NCBI GenBank assembly: GCA_965248145.1
Contig: OZ252091.1
Coordinates: forward strand, 3,218,082 to 3,282,081
Direction: 5' to 3'
Origin: Gammaproteobacteria bacterium
GTDB taxonomy: Bacteria > Pseudomonadota > Gammaproteobacteria > Eutrophobiales > Eutrophobiaceae
DNA length: 64,000 nucleotides
A program made the translations under genes and the position numbers. Positions 10,733 to 19,862 of this stretch are shown piece by piece. The notes under the pieces were generated by a model. That model did no database searches and was not told the origin of the DNA. It saw only the letters and a program-made list of their open reading frames with translations. Positions within the stretch are counted from its first letter, which is position 1. Each line of letters begins with the position of its first letter.

Positions 10733-10886
10733 GTCATTCCGGCGAATGCCGGAATCCAGTGAGATAGAGAGTCGCCTCCGGCGACACGTTATTAGACTGG
10801 ATTCCGGGTCAAGCCCGGAATGACGGGGGGGGTGGCTTTCGCAGGAATGACGGGGGGCACATCTGCTATTCCCGCGGAAGCGGGAA
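10733..10886. repeat. Cluster of nested-palindrome MITE-like elements (GTCATTCC...GGAATGAC family; contains dRS3-like ATTCCC-N8-GGGAAT)
   Basis: One full copy at 10733-10826, of the form GTCATTCC-GGCGAATGCC-GGAATCCAGTG...GTCGCCTCCGGCGACAC...CTGGATTCCGGGTCAAGCCCGGAATGACG. Partial copies follow (GGAATGACGG; ATTCCCGCGGAAGCGGGAAT). The cluster sits between the convergent 3' ends of the FAD oxidase and ccmG. Confidence 0.8.
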
Positions 10887-10900
10887 TGGCATCTTCAACG

Positions 10901-11479
10901 TTATCCGCTGTTTCTTAATGAGCGGATCAGCGGCAGTAAATCAGTTTGCCAGTCCTGCCAGCTTATGGGGCCGATGTGCTTATATCGAATAATACCCCGG
11001 GCATCGATGACAAACGTTTCAGGCGTGCCGTAAACCCCCCATTCGATAGCCGCTTTTCCGTCTGTGTCAACGGCATTGGCCCGGTAAGGGTCGCCGCGTT
11101 TCTCCAGCCATTGCACGGCCTTATGGGGTTCGTCCTTATACAATAATCCATAAACGGGCACTTCATTACTTGCGGCAATTTTCATCAGCGTGGGGTGTTC
11201 CCGCTTGCAGGAAACACACCAGGTTGCCCAGACGTTCAATAAGCTTACTTCCCGTTCAAGAGTGGATTGGGTGAATACTTCGTTCGTATTTTTCAGTGCG
11301 GGTAATGAAAATTGCGGTACGGCCTGACCTATCAAAGGCGAGGGAACCAGACGCGGATTCAATCCCAGGCCAAAATAGAATAACAGGACGAGAAGCAGCA
11401 AAATACCCAGGGGCAGGAGATAAACCCAACGCCCGGACCGATATACGCGGGGTTCAGGCAGAGCCGACATAACCTGCAT
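10901..11479 (-). CDS. ccmG: thiol:disulfide interchange protein CcmG/DsbE (cytochrome c biogenesis)
   Basis: Thioredoxin fold with a WCVSC active site. Membrane anchor present. It lies downstream of ccmF and overlaps it. Confidence 0.85.
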   Translation of the reverse strand: MQVMSALPEPRVYRSGRWVYLLPLGILLLLVLLFYFGLGLNPRLVPSPLIGQAVPQFSLPALKNTNEVFTQSTLEREVSLLNVWATWCVSCKREHPTLMKIAASNEVPVYGLLYKDEPHKAVQWLEKRGDPYRANAVDTDGKAAIEWGVYGTPETFVIDARGIIRYKHIGPISWQDWQTDLLPLIRSLRNSG

Positions 11480-13430
11480 CCAGCTTAAACTGGTTAGCTG
11501 TTGACCGGTAACGCCTGTCCGTGACGGCTAACAGGCCGCCTGCCGCCATCACAAAGCCGCCCAGCCAGATCCATATAATAAAAGGTTTGTAATAGAGTCT
11601 CACTGCCCAGGCGCCGGCGTCGGCATCTCTTTCGTCGCCCAATGACACGTATAAATCCCTTAGCAGGTTTGAATGAATGGAAGCCTCGGTCATGACGTTT
11701 TCACGGGTATTGTATAGACGCTTTTCCGGATATAAGGTTATCACCTGTGACCCGCCTTTGTATACGTTAACCGTGCCGACGTCGGCCAGGTAGTTTGGGC
11801 CGGCTTGTTTTTCTACCTGCACAAACTCAAACCGATACGGCCCCAGGGCGCGCTGCTCACCCGGGGCCAGACGCACGTCCATTTCCTGGCCGTACATGCT
11901 TGATAAGGCAATCCCAATCACGCTCAGGACGATGCCTGAATGGGCCGTGATCATCCCATACCATCCTCTTGGAATTCGTTTCAGTCCATGCCGTAAATTC
12001 CGGGCCTGGAGCAAACGATCCTTCAAGGTCGTCCAGATACTGCTGATGACCCATAGCGCCAGTAATAAAGCAAACCATGCCGTGAGCGTTGCCTGTCCCG
12101 GCAGGAAAAAAACCGCCAGTGTTGCGCCGCTGACGGCGAGAACGGCGGGCAGGCGCAACACCCGTATCAATTCGGGGAAAACTTGTTCGCGCCAGCGCGT
12201 TAACGGGCCGATACCCATTAATATGATGACCGGGACCATGATGGGAATAAACACCAGGTTAAAATAAGGCGGGCCGACGGAGATTTTGTCTCCGGTCACG
12301 GCTTCCAGGATCAAGGGATACAAGGTTCCCAGTAAAATCGTCAGCATGGCAATCAACAGAAATACGCTGTTCGCCAGGAGCGCCATTTCTCTGGATACCA
12401 GTTTGAACGTCGTGACGGTTCGCATTTGCCAGGCGCGTATCGAAAACAGGGTAAATGAAATCCCAATAACCAGACCTAAAAACGCAAGGATAAAAATACC
12501 GCGGGTTGGATCAGAGGCAAAGGAATGAACCGACGTGAGGATGCCGGAACGGACCAGGAAGGTGCCCAGCAGACTCAACGAAAAACTGACAATGGCGAGC
12601 AACACCGTCCAGTTTCGCAGGGCATGGCGCTTTTCCGTTACCGCCAATGAGTGAATGAGAGCGGTGCCGCTCAACCAGGGCATGAACGACGCATTCTCTA
12701 CCGGGTCCCAGAACCACCAGCCGCCCCAGCCAAGCTCGTAATAGGCCCACCAACTGCCCAGGGTAATGCCCGCGGTCAGACAGAGCCAGGCCGTCAGTGC
12801 CCAGGGACGCACCCAGCGCGCCCAGGCGGTGTCCAGCCTTCCCTGTACCAACGCCATAATGGCAAAGGCAAAGGGGATTGAAAACCCGACGTAACCCATG
12901 TACAGCATGGGCGGGTGTATTGCCATGGCGGGGTCCTGCAATAACGGGTTCAGGTCTGCGCCGTCAGCCGGAACCGGGAAAAGCCGGATGAAAGGGTTGG
13001 ACGTGAAGATCGTGAACAGTAAAATACCGATGCTGATGCAACCCATTACCGAGATGACGCCCGTAAACAAATCCTGGGGATAACGTCTGCCGCAGGCGGC
13101 CAGTATTGCCGTCCAGCCGGCAAGTATCAGCACCCATAACAGCAGGGAACCTTCATGCGCCCCCCAAACTCCGGAAATACGATACATCAGGGGCAATGCG
13201 GAATTGGACGTATTGGCAACGTATAGCACGGAAAAATCATGAACGATAAATGAATACGTCAATATGCCGTAGGAACCCGCTACCAGGCAGAATTGCAGGT
13301 AAGCGGCCGGCTTAGCCAATCCCATCCACTCCCTGCGCCCGTGTAACAACCCCATAGCGGGAACAACCGTCTGTATGATTGCAACGCAAAGCGCCAGGAT
13401 TAAAATAAATTGTCCTAATTCGGGGAGCAT
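11454..13430 (-). CDS. ccmF: cytochrome c-type biogenesis protein CcmF (heme lyase component)
   Basis: 658-aa polytopic membrane protein with a WWFWDPVENASFMPWL Trp-rich (WWD) motif. Operon context supports the call. Confidence 0.9.
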   Translation of the reverse strand: MLPELGQFILILALCVAIIQTVVPAMGLLHGRREWMGLAKPAAYLQFCLVAGSYGILTYSFIVHDFSVLYVANTSNSALPLMYRISGVWGAHEGSLLLWVLILAGWTAILAACGRRYPQDLFTGVISVMGCISIGILLFTIFTSNPFIRLFPVPADGADLNPLLQDPAMAIHPPMLYMGYVGFSIPFAFAIMALVQGRLDTAWARWVRPWALTAWLCLTAGITLGSWWAYYELGWGGWWFWDPVENASFMPWLSGTALIHSLAVTEKRHALRNWTVLLAIVSFSLSLLGTFLVRSGILTSVHSFASDPTRGIFILAFLGLVIGISFTLFSIRAWQMRTVTTFKLVSREMALLANSVFLLIAMLTILLGTLYPLILEAVTGDKISVGPPYFNLVFIPIMVPVIILMGIGPLTRWREQVFPELIRVLRLPAVLAVSGATLAVFFLPGQATLTAWFALLLALWVISSIWTTLKDRLLQARNLRHGLKRIPRGWYGMITAHSGIVLSVIGIALSSMYGQEMDVRLAPGEQRALGPYRFEFVQVEKQAGPNYLADVGTVNVYKGGSQVITLYPEKRLYNTRENVMTEASIHSNLLRDLYVSLGDERDADAGAWAVRLYYKPFIIWIWLGGFVMAAGGLLAVTDRRYRSTANQFKLDAGYVGSA

Positions 13431-13522
13431 TATTCTTGGGGTCAGAGTAAAAATTGATATTTGGGGTCAGAGTAAAAATACTTAATCACAAGCCTGCGCT
13501 ACCTGCAAGTTCAACTGAATTT
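13431..13522. repeat. GGGGTCAGAGTAAAAA repeat element (two direct copies plus one inverted copy) inside the ccm operon
   Basis: ggggtcagagtaaaaat appears twice in direct orientation and atttttactctgacccc once in inverted orientation. The same family forms a perfect hairpin at 16691-16745. Confidence 0.8.
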
Positions 13523-13960
13523 TTACTCTGACCCCAAATATCCTGGTTTCAAGGCATGTTCCACTTCAGGGGGCATATAGTTTTCATCATGTTTGGCCAG
13601 GACCTGCTCTGCAACGAACACCCCCTGTTCATTTAATCTTCCCTCCGCCACTATACCTTGTCCCTCGCGAAACAAATCGGGCAGGATACCCGAATACTCC
13701 AATTGTACCTGTTCGGATAAATCAGCCAGTTTAAACCTGATTTTAATATCGTTTTCCGCCTTTTCGACACTGCCCGGCAAAACCAGACCGCCAATTCGAA
13801 AACGCGAGTCCGGCGGAACTTCGCCGGCTATCACTTGGGCCGGTGTAAAAAACAAATTGATGTTCTCGTTTAACGCCATCAGCACCAGGGTAATCCCCGT
13901 TCCCAGGCCGACTACCAGGAAGGCTACCGACAAGAACCGCCGTTTTTGTTTAGGACTCAT
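13523..13960 (-). CDS. ccmE: cytochrome c maturation heme chaperone CcmE
   Basis: 145 aa. The N-terminal TM helix, the OB-fold, and the C-terminal ...HDENYMPPEV heme-binding region are all present. Confidence 0.9.
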   Translation of the reverse strand: MSPKQKRRFLSVAFLVVGLGTGITLVLMALNENINLFFTPAQVIAGEVPPDSRFRIGGLVLPGSVEKAENDIKIRFKLADLSEQVQLEYSGILPDLFREGQGIVAEGRLNEQGVFVAEQVLAKHDENYMPPEVEHALKPGYLGSE

Positions 13961-14117
13961 AATCTCCGGTTACTTTATGCAGTTGCCTTAAACGGCGCAA
14001 CACTGATTTATGGCGTTTCCGGGCAGCCAGCAGGTTGAGCAATAAAATAATCAGGGCAATAGCGTATGACGACCAGACGTAGCCGGCATAACCACCCATG
14101 CTCAGAAATTCCATCAT
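13950..14117 (-). CDS. ccmD: heme exporter protein CcmD (small membrane protein)
   Basis: Manual translation of the minus strand gives MMEFLSMGGYAGYVWSSYAIALIILLLNLLAARKRHKSVLRRLRQLHKVTGDYES (55 aa). It overlaps the ccmC stop and the ccmE start. This ORF is not in the supplied ORF track because it is shorter than 60 aa. Confidence 0.7.
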   Translation of the reverse strand: MMEFLSMGGYAGYVWSSYAIALIILLLNLLAARKRHKSVLRRLRQLHKVTGDYES

Positions 14118-14869
14118 GCCGGCGTTACCAGTTGTTTAACCCATTGGCTGCGTTTTTCCTGTTCCAGCAGTTCCGACCTTGAGTTGATCAACAGTACGCA
14201 GAGGTAAAAAAACAGGAATGCCGCCACCATACATAATAAAGGGATCAGCATGGTTATGTGAATCGAGGGGGCGGCGAACCTGGCAATGCTTGCCGGCTGG
14301 TGCAGGGTATTCCACCAGACAACGGAATAATGAATGATGGGAATGTTGACGACCCCGACTATGGCAAGCAGAGCCCCCGCCTTACCGGCCATACGCCGGT
14401 CATCTATGGCGGAGGTCAAACCTATATAACCCAGGTATAAAAATAATAAAATCAGTTCGGAAGTCAACCGGGCGTCCCAGACCCACCAGGTCCCCCACAT
14501 TGGCCGGCCCCAGATAGAGCCTGTCAACAACGTCAACAAGGTATACGAAGCGCCGATCACCGCGCTGGAGCGGGCGGTGATATCCGCCAGTTTAATGTTC
14601 CAGATTAAAAAGATTGCGCTGTTCAGCGCCATAAAGACGTAGATGAACAGCGACATCCATGCCGACGGAACGTGAACATAGATGATGCGGAAACCGTCTC
14701 CCTGCTCATAATCAGCCGGCGCATAAACCAGCCCTCCGACCAACCCCGCCAGCAGAAAGATAATGGTCAACAAGGCACAGTATGGTAATAACCTCCCCGA
14801 TAACTGATAAAAAAAATGGGGGGATGCCATCCTGTGGAACCATAACCATAAGGCTTCTTTTCTTGACAT
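14114..14869 (-). CDS. ccmC: heme exporter protein CcmC
   Basis: 251 aa with the WGTWWVWDARLTSELILLFLY Trp-rich motif. Confidence 0.9.
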   Translation of the reverse strand: MSRKEALWLWFHRMASPHFFYQLSGRLLPYCALLTIIFLLAGLVGGLVYAPADYEQGDGFRIIYVHVPSAWMSLFIYVFMALNSAIFLIWNIKLADITARSSAVIGASYTLLTLLTGSIWGRPMWGTWWVWDARLTSELILLFLYLGYIGLTSAIDDRRMAGKAGALLAIVGVVNIPIIHYSVVWWNTLHQPASIARFAAPSIHITMLIPLLCMVAAFLFFYLCVLLINSRSELLEQEKRSQWVKQLVTPA

Positions 14870-15017
14870 AAGCGTTAAATTTTAATTACCGATAACCACA
14901 AGTAGTTATTTTTATATACTGATCAATATATAAGTAAATTTTCTTTAGCGATAACCACAAACCGTTACTTTTATAATTTCTAATTGATAAAATTTTTTAT
15001 TTACCGATAACCACAGG
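14870..15017. repeat. Three approximately 60-bp-spaced copies of CGATAACCACA in an AT-rich ccmC-ccmB spacer; the third copy forms the ccmB 3' end
   Basis: Copies ttaccgataaccacaag (about 14890), tagcgataaccacaaacc (about 14946) and ttaccgataaccacagg (15001-15017). The last encodes the ccmB C-terminus SCGYR followed by the stop codon. Confidence 0.7.
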
Positions 15018-15678
15018 ATAGCCTGAGGGCAAAACCGATGACAAACGGACTCAGTGTGGCTGCCAGCGCCAATAAACCGGCCAGCCACAATAATTGCCCC
15101 TGGTAAGGCTGTTGGTTCGCCGCCGCTGTAACAGCATGACTACCGAAGATCAATACCGGAACATACAAGGGCAGCACCAATAGAGAAAGCAAAGCGCCCG
15201 CCTGCCTGATACCAATTGTCAGCGCCACGCCGATGGTCCCGACCATGTTCAAATACGGTACGCCCAGCAGCAGAGAAATGAATAAAACCTTGATGACTTG
15301 AATATCCAGGTGTAATAAAAACCCCAATACTGGCGCCATAACAATCAACGGCAGACCGGTGACACACCATTGCGCAATTATTCTGGCTGCTATCAATAAC
15401 GCTCTCGGATACGGGCTTAATAACATCTGCTCTATCGAACCGTCCTGAAAATCAGCTCGATACAGGCTTTGTAATGACAACAAGACAGCTAACAGGCTTG
15501 CCACCCAGATTACGCCGGGGCCGATTTTTTGCAGGACCAACGGCTCCGGGCTGATGGCAAGGGGAAACAGGCTTGCCACTATCACAAAGAAAATCAACGG
15601 CAAAAAAGTGTCGGCGCGCTGCCGGTACGCAACTTTCAGGTCACGAACCAACATGGCGGCAAACGTGTTTGTATACAT
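15001..15678 (-). CDS. ccmB: heme exporter permease CcmB
   Basis: 225-aa six-TM ABC permease of the CcmB family. Operon position supports the call. Confidence 0.85.
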   Translation of the reverse strand: MYTNTFAAMLVRDLKVAYRQRADTFLPLIFFVIVASLFPLAISPEPLVLQKIGPGVIWVASLLAVLLSLQSLYRADFQDGSIEQMLLSPYPRALLIAARIIAQWCVTGLPLIVMAPVLGFLLHLDIQVIKVLFISLLLGVPYLNMVGTIGVALTIGIRQAGALLSLLVLPLYVPVLIFGSHAVTAAANQQPYQGQLLWLAGLLALAATLSPFVIGFALRLSCGYR

Positions 15679-15681
15679 TGT

Positions 15682-15770
15682 TTGGTTTTTAGTTTCTGGT
15701 TTTTAGTTTCTGGTTTTTGGTTTTTGGTTTTTAGTGACCAAAAACTAACAACTAAAAACTAATCCGTTTC
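15682..15770. repeat. AAACTAAAAACTA / TAGTTTTTAGTTT repeat element (tandem plus inverted) at the ccmA-ccmB junction
   Basis: ggtttttagtttc x2, tggtttttgg x2, then the inverted gaccaaaaactaacaactaaaaactaa. Related copies occur at 6355-6380, 35741-35816 and 39131-39204. Confidence 0.75.
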
Positions 15771-16393
15771 ATTCCCGCTAAATCAATCGGCTGGTGACTG
15801 GTCAGGACCAACATGCCGCCCTCATTCAGGTGCTCGGTAAAAAGTATTTTCAGTGACTCGATCATTGGTTGATCGAGTCCCGAGAAGGGTTCGTCGAGGA
15901 TCCAGACAAGGGCGTCCTCAACCTTCAAGCGAGCCAGCGCAACGCGTCTTTGCTGGCCATAAGACAAATGCCCGGCAGGACTGTGTCCAAAACCCTTTAA
16001 TCCGACCCAATCAAGCGCCGGCAGGTAATCCGATTTCGGTGGCCCGCCGGATAATGAAGACAAAAACTGTAAATTCTCAATAGCCGTCAGTTCGTGCTTC
16101 ACTCCCGTCAAATGTCCGATATACGTCAGGTTTTCATAATAATCCAGGATATTGTCAGTGATGACTTCGTTTTTCCAGCGAATCCTCCCCTGGTCAGGTC
16201 GTACCATGCCACAGAGTATGCGTAGCAGGATTGTCTTGCCGGCGCCATTATCCCCTTCAATATACAAAACCTCACCCGGCTCAACGGATAGATTCAAATC
16301 CTTTATGATAATCGTGTCATTTATCTCATAAGAGACGTTTTCAGCGCACAACGTGGCGGTGTCATTAGCAGCAAAGTGGTTCATGCCAGGCAA
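15752..16393 (-). CDS. ccmA: cytochrome c biogenesis ATP-binding export protein CcmA
   Basis: ABC ATPase with Walker A GDNGAGKT, signature LSYGQQRR, and Walker B ILDEP. First gene of the ccm operon. Confidence 0.85.
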   Translation of the reverse strand: MPGMNHFAANDTATLCAENVSYEINDTIIIKDLNLSVEPGEVLYIEGDNGAGKTILLRILCGMVRPDQGRIRWKNEVITDNILDYYENLTYIGHLTGVKHELTAIENLQFLSSLSGGPPKSDYLPALDWVGLKGFGHSPAGHLSYGQQRRVALARLKVEDALVWILDEPFSGLDQPMIESLKILFTEHLNEGGMLVLTSHQPIDLAGMKRISF

Positions 16394-16793
16394 TATATCT
16401 CTAAGCCCTGATAATTACATCCTGTAATTATCAGGGACGCAAATCAAAAATGCGATCCCGTATCAAAGCCTGCCCCGTACTTGATACGGGGTACGGGACA
16501 GGTTTTTGCTTTGCTCTCAAAATCAATGACCTGCGTCATCGATTTTGACGGTACATCCTTGTACCGTAGGAAACTCTGAATAAATCAGAGTTTCCATATA
16601 ATATTTAGTCAAGACAATCTAAAAAACGTATGATCCCGACAATGTTTTTCATAGCTGGCTCGGCTATTTATAAAATTAATATTTAAGATCAGAATATTTG
16701 GGGTCAGAGTAAAAACTCCGTGAGTTTTTACTCTGACCCCAAATATTATATCTGTCCCGGGTATTCATAATCATAGCGGAGGTTAACCGACAG
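16394..16793. promoter_or_regulatory. ccm upstream region composed of at least six consecutive perfect palindromes (putative operator, REP or terminator array)
   Basis: The palindromes are CCCTGATAATTAC-atcct-GTAATTATCAGGG (16408-16438), cccgtatcaa...ttgatacggg, tcaaaatcaatgac-ctgc-gtcatcgattttga, ggtacatccttgtacc, aaactctgaataaatcagagttt, and atttggggtcagagtaaaaactccgtgagtttttactctgaccccaaat (16691-16745). Confidence 0.5.
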
Positions 16794-17270
16794 ATGCATA
16801 CAGATAACAAATATACGGATCCATTTGGCCTTGAGGTCATCGCCCTGCATCGTTTTTTTGAAGACTGGTTCGGCGGTTACTGCGATGACGACGACCGGGT
16901 TTTTGCGGAGCGTCTCCTGGATCGGATGCACGAGGATTTTACCATTATTTTGCCCGGCGGGATCATGCTTGACGGCGCCGGTTTCTGGCCGGAATTCAGG
17001 AAGCTGTACGGCAGCAACCCGGATTTTCATATCAGCATCCGCAACATCAGACAAAAACCGTCTGTCTTGGACTCCGTTTATATCGTCACCTATGAAGAGT
17101 GGCAGAGAAATGCAAAGCAGTCAAAGCCCGAGGACAACGGGCGGCTGTCCTCAGCCGTTTTTATTGCGGACGAGCAGGCGCCCTACGGCATAAAGTGGCT
17201 CCACGTACACGAAACCTGGTTGCCGGACTCCGCCATCACGGCAGAACCGTTTAACTGGCCGCACCTTTGA
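16794..17270 (+). CDS. hypothetical protein (158 aa, acidic, possible SnoaL/NTF2-like fold)
   Basis: The ORF has a coding-like composition. I did not recognise any catalytic motif. Confidence 0.35.
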   Translation: MHTDNKYTDPFGLEVIALHRFFEDWFGGYCDDDDRVFAERLLDRMHEDFTIILPGGIMLDGAGFWPEFRKLYGSNPDFHISIRNIRQKPSVLDSVYIVTYEEWQRNAKQSKPEDNGRLSSAVFIADEQAPYGIKWLHVHETWLPDSAITAEPFNWPHL

Positions 17271-17300
17271 TAAATGGACAGATTTATATTTCCGTGATCC

Positions 17301-17390
17301 GTCATTCCTGCACAAGCAGGAATCCAGCCCAATAACGTGCCGCCGAAGGCGTGTCGTTTTACTGGATTCCGGCATTCGCCGGAATGACGG
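17301..17390. repeat. MITE-like nested-palindrome element (GTCATTCC...GGAATGAC family)
   Basis: gtcattcctgcacaagcaggaatccag ... ctggattccggcattcgccggaatgacgg. It lies at the convergent 3' ends of the hypothetical CDS and the TonB receptor. Confidence 0.75.
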
Positions 17391-17403
17391 TTATGCTGTA
17401 TTT

Positions 17404-19638
17404 TCAGAAGCGGTATATGGCCTCCGCGCCCCAGATTCTCGGTTGGTTGACATAGCCGGTATTGTTGGCAAAGTCGATGCCGCCGATGGGATTATGCTCA
17501 TTGGTGATATTGCGGGCAAACATGCCGATCTCAAAGTTCCGGGTGTTATCGCGATAACCTGCCCGTAACCCGCCTTCAAACTGCGTCCCAAAGGTAAATT
17601 CCACGCTCTCGTAGAGAAAATCACTGGTCTTGCCTTTCAGCTTCCAGTCGGTGTACAGGTATAGCTCGTTATTGCCCGACAGGGGATGGGTGTAGTCCAA
17701 TTCCAGGTTCGCAGTCCATTTCGGCACATGTTGAAAGGGGTTACCGTCAATAATTGCCCTGCCGTTTTCATCCAATGGGTCCCGACTGGTAACCACGGGA
17801 CCTACCGGCAATGTCAGTTCGTCATCATTAAGTTCCGTCTTGTTATAACCGAAACCACCGGACAAGATGAGATTTTCGGTCACAGCAATATCGAGGTCAA
17901 ACTCGACACCGTAGCCAACACCCTCATCCGCGTTCAGCAGTGTCGTCGCATTAGCGTCGCCACCTACTGCGACCAACTGCATGTCATCGACTTCATAGTA
18001 GAAGGCCGCCACATTCAGCCTGACCTTCTCCCACAGGGCCTTGTAACCGATTTCATAAGACATGATAGTCTCCGAGTCGGCGGTCGTCACTTTGGGGTCA
18101 TCCTCAAGACGGTCCTGTATGGTAGGCGCCCTGAAACCGGAGGCCACCCGGGCATAGACCTGTGCATCGTCGCCCAGGGTGTATGCCAGCGCCACGTCCC
18201 AACTGACGTTATCATCCCCCAGACTGATCGGAGGAAGCGGCCCGCTGGGTCTCGCATGCACACCATCTTTTTCATCATCCGTATAACGCACCCCCGCAGT
18301 CAGCGTGAACTGCTCAGTCACGTTGTAGGACCCCTGCCCGAAGACAGCCCAGGCCGTGTTCTCGACAGTGGAAGTAGACCCCACAACGAAATCCGGACTG
18401 CCGGCAGACATGTTACCATTTATACTGGTGAAATCGTCTTCAAAATAGAACGCGCCCAACTGGTAATTAAACGCGCCGTCCAGGTTACTGGCTATGCGTA
18501 TTTCCTGGGTAATCTGATCCATGTCAACCTCGCTACCGGTATCGACATTAACGACAAAAGGTGAATTAAACGGGCTGTAGGGGTTACTGGGCGGGCCGGA
18601 CGGAATCCCGCCACAGGTAAACAAACAACCATAGCCGCCGTCAATATCACCGCGAGCGAATCGGTCATAAACATCCTGGTAAGATGTGATGGAGGTAAAT
18701 GTATGATTACCGACTTCCCAATCCAGTTTCACGGTCGTACCATGGCTTTTTATCAACGTGGGGTTATTATCTCCGCCATCGAACCAGACCGTATTACGAT
18801 CATAGTTCTCATTCAGTTTGTTACTGCCCTTATCAAAAACATTGGCGCGGAAAGCCGAGGCGGAGTTCCCGTCCTGGTCCTGGTGCTGGTGCATGACCCA
18901 GGCTGTGAAATTATCGGTGGGAGTCCACAGCAACTGGATACGTCCGGCAAAAATCTCAAATCCGCCTATGGCGTCATCTTCACCGGTATAGGCATTATTG
19001 ATCCAGTCCGAGCGATGTTGGGTCAGGAATGAAACCCGGGCCATCAGCGTGTTCTCGACCAGCGTGCCGCCGATGGCTCCTTCCACGTTTACCGTCCCCT
19101 TGTTGCCGCCTGAAGCCTTGATGTAACCTTCCGTTTCTTCGGTGGGGCGGCGCGAGTCGAACTTGATGATGCCGGCCGTGGTGTTGCGGCCGAACAAGGT
19201 ACCCTGAGGACCGCGTATAACCTCTATATCATCCAGGTCGAACAGGGGAAATGATTTGAGCGCGGCTTTTTCCATCGGTATCTCGTCGAATACAATGGAC
19301 ACGGGTTGGGACGCCGCCTGGGTAAAATCAGCATTGCCCAGACCCCGCATATAAAACCGGGGAGCCAGTCGACCGTTGGAACTTTCCACGTGCAGTCCCG
19401 GTACCGTACTGGCCAGGGCCAGGATGTCTTCTCCACCGGTAAATTTTGAGGCAAGCCTCTGTCCGGACAATCTGGAGATTGAAATTGGCACGTCCTGGAT
19501 ATTCTGTTCGCGTTTCTGCGCGGTTACCACAATCTCCTCGAGTATCCCCTGAGCATAAGAATACGGAATGCCTGACACAGACAGCACTGTCAACAGGCCC
19601 AGACTTGAAAGGATTCTGCTGATTTTCACATCGATCAT
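17404..19638 (-). CDS. TonB-dependent outer membrane receptor
   Basis: Signal peptide MIDVKISRILSSLGLLTVLSVSGIPYSYA. The start is placed at the internal Met; the ORF track extends to 19683. Plug domain EEIVVTAQKREQNIQDVP. C-terminus ...AEAIYRF. Confidence 0.85.
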   Translation of the reverse strand: MIDVKISRILSSLGLLTVLSVSGIPYSYAQGILEEIVVTAQKREQNIQDVPISISRLSGQRLASKFTGGEDILALASTVPGLHVESSNGRLAPRFYMRGLGNADFTQAASQPVSIVFDEIPMEKAALKSFPLFDLDDIEVIRGPQGTLFGRNTTAGIIKFDSRRPTEETEGYIKASGGNKGTVNVEGAIGGTLVENTLMARVSFLTQHRSDWINNAYTGEDDAIGGFEIFAGRIQLLWTPTDNFTAWVMHQHQDQDGNSASAFRANVFDKGSNKLNENYDRNTVWFDGGDNNPTLIKSHGTTVKLDWEVGNHTFTSITSYQDVYDRFARGDIDGGYGCLFTCGGIPSGPPSNPYSPFNSPFVVNVDTGSEVDMDQITQEIRIASNLDGAFNYQLGAFYFEDDFTSINGNMSAGSPDFVVGSTSTVENTAWAVFGQGSYNVTEQFTLTAGVRYTDDEKDGVHARPSGPLPPISLGDDNVSWDVALAYTLGDDAQVYARVASGFRAPTIQDRLEDDPKVTTADSETIMSYEIGYKALWEKVRLNVAAFYYEVDDMQLVAVGGDANATTLLNADEGVGYGVEFDLDIAVTENLILSGGFGYNKTELNDDELTLPVGPVVTSRDPLDENGRAIIDGNPFQHVPKWTANLELDYTHPLSGNNELYLYTDWKLKGKTSDFLYESVEFTFGTQFEGGLRAGYRDNTRNFEIGMFARNITNEHNPIGGIDFANNTGYVNQPRIWGAEAIYRF

Positions 19639-19862
19639 CTGTTTTTCTCCTGGCGGGGTCACGGCATCGGGATAATTGTTCAAGCATATTTCGTTATTAT
19701 TTTAAACCACATTAATGCAATATTTAATGTGTATACGCCTCCTGATAAATATATATTTACTGAAGCGTGCCTGTTTAAAAGAGGTTGAATGAAATACAGG
19801 GGAAAGTCAAGCCGAATCCCGATGTCAATACTCTCGCCAGTAAAGACAGCCGCAGGACACCC

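Noticed and set aside
10886-10901. ccmH/ccmI expected downstream of ccmG
   Set aside because: There is no ORF with a CcmH LRCxxC motif. The space is occupied by the MITE cluster and then the convergent FAD oxidase. ccmH is presumably elsewhere or fused. This is recorded as an absence rather than a feature.
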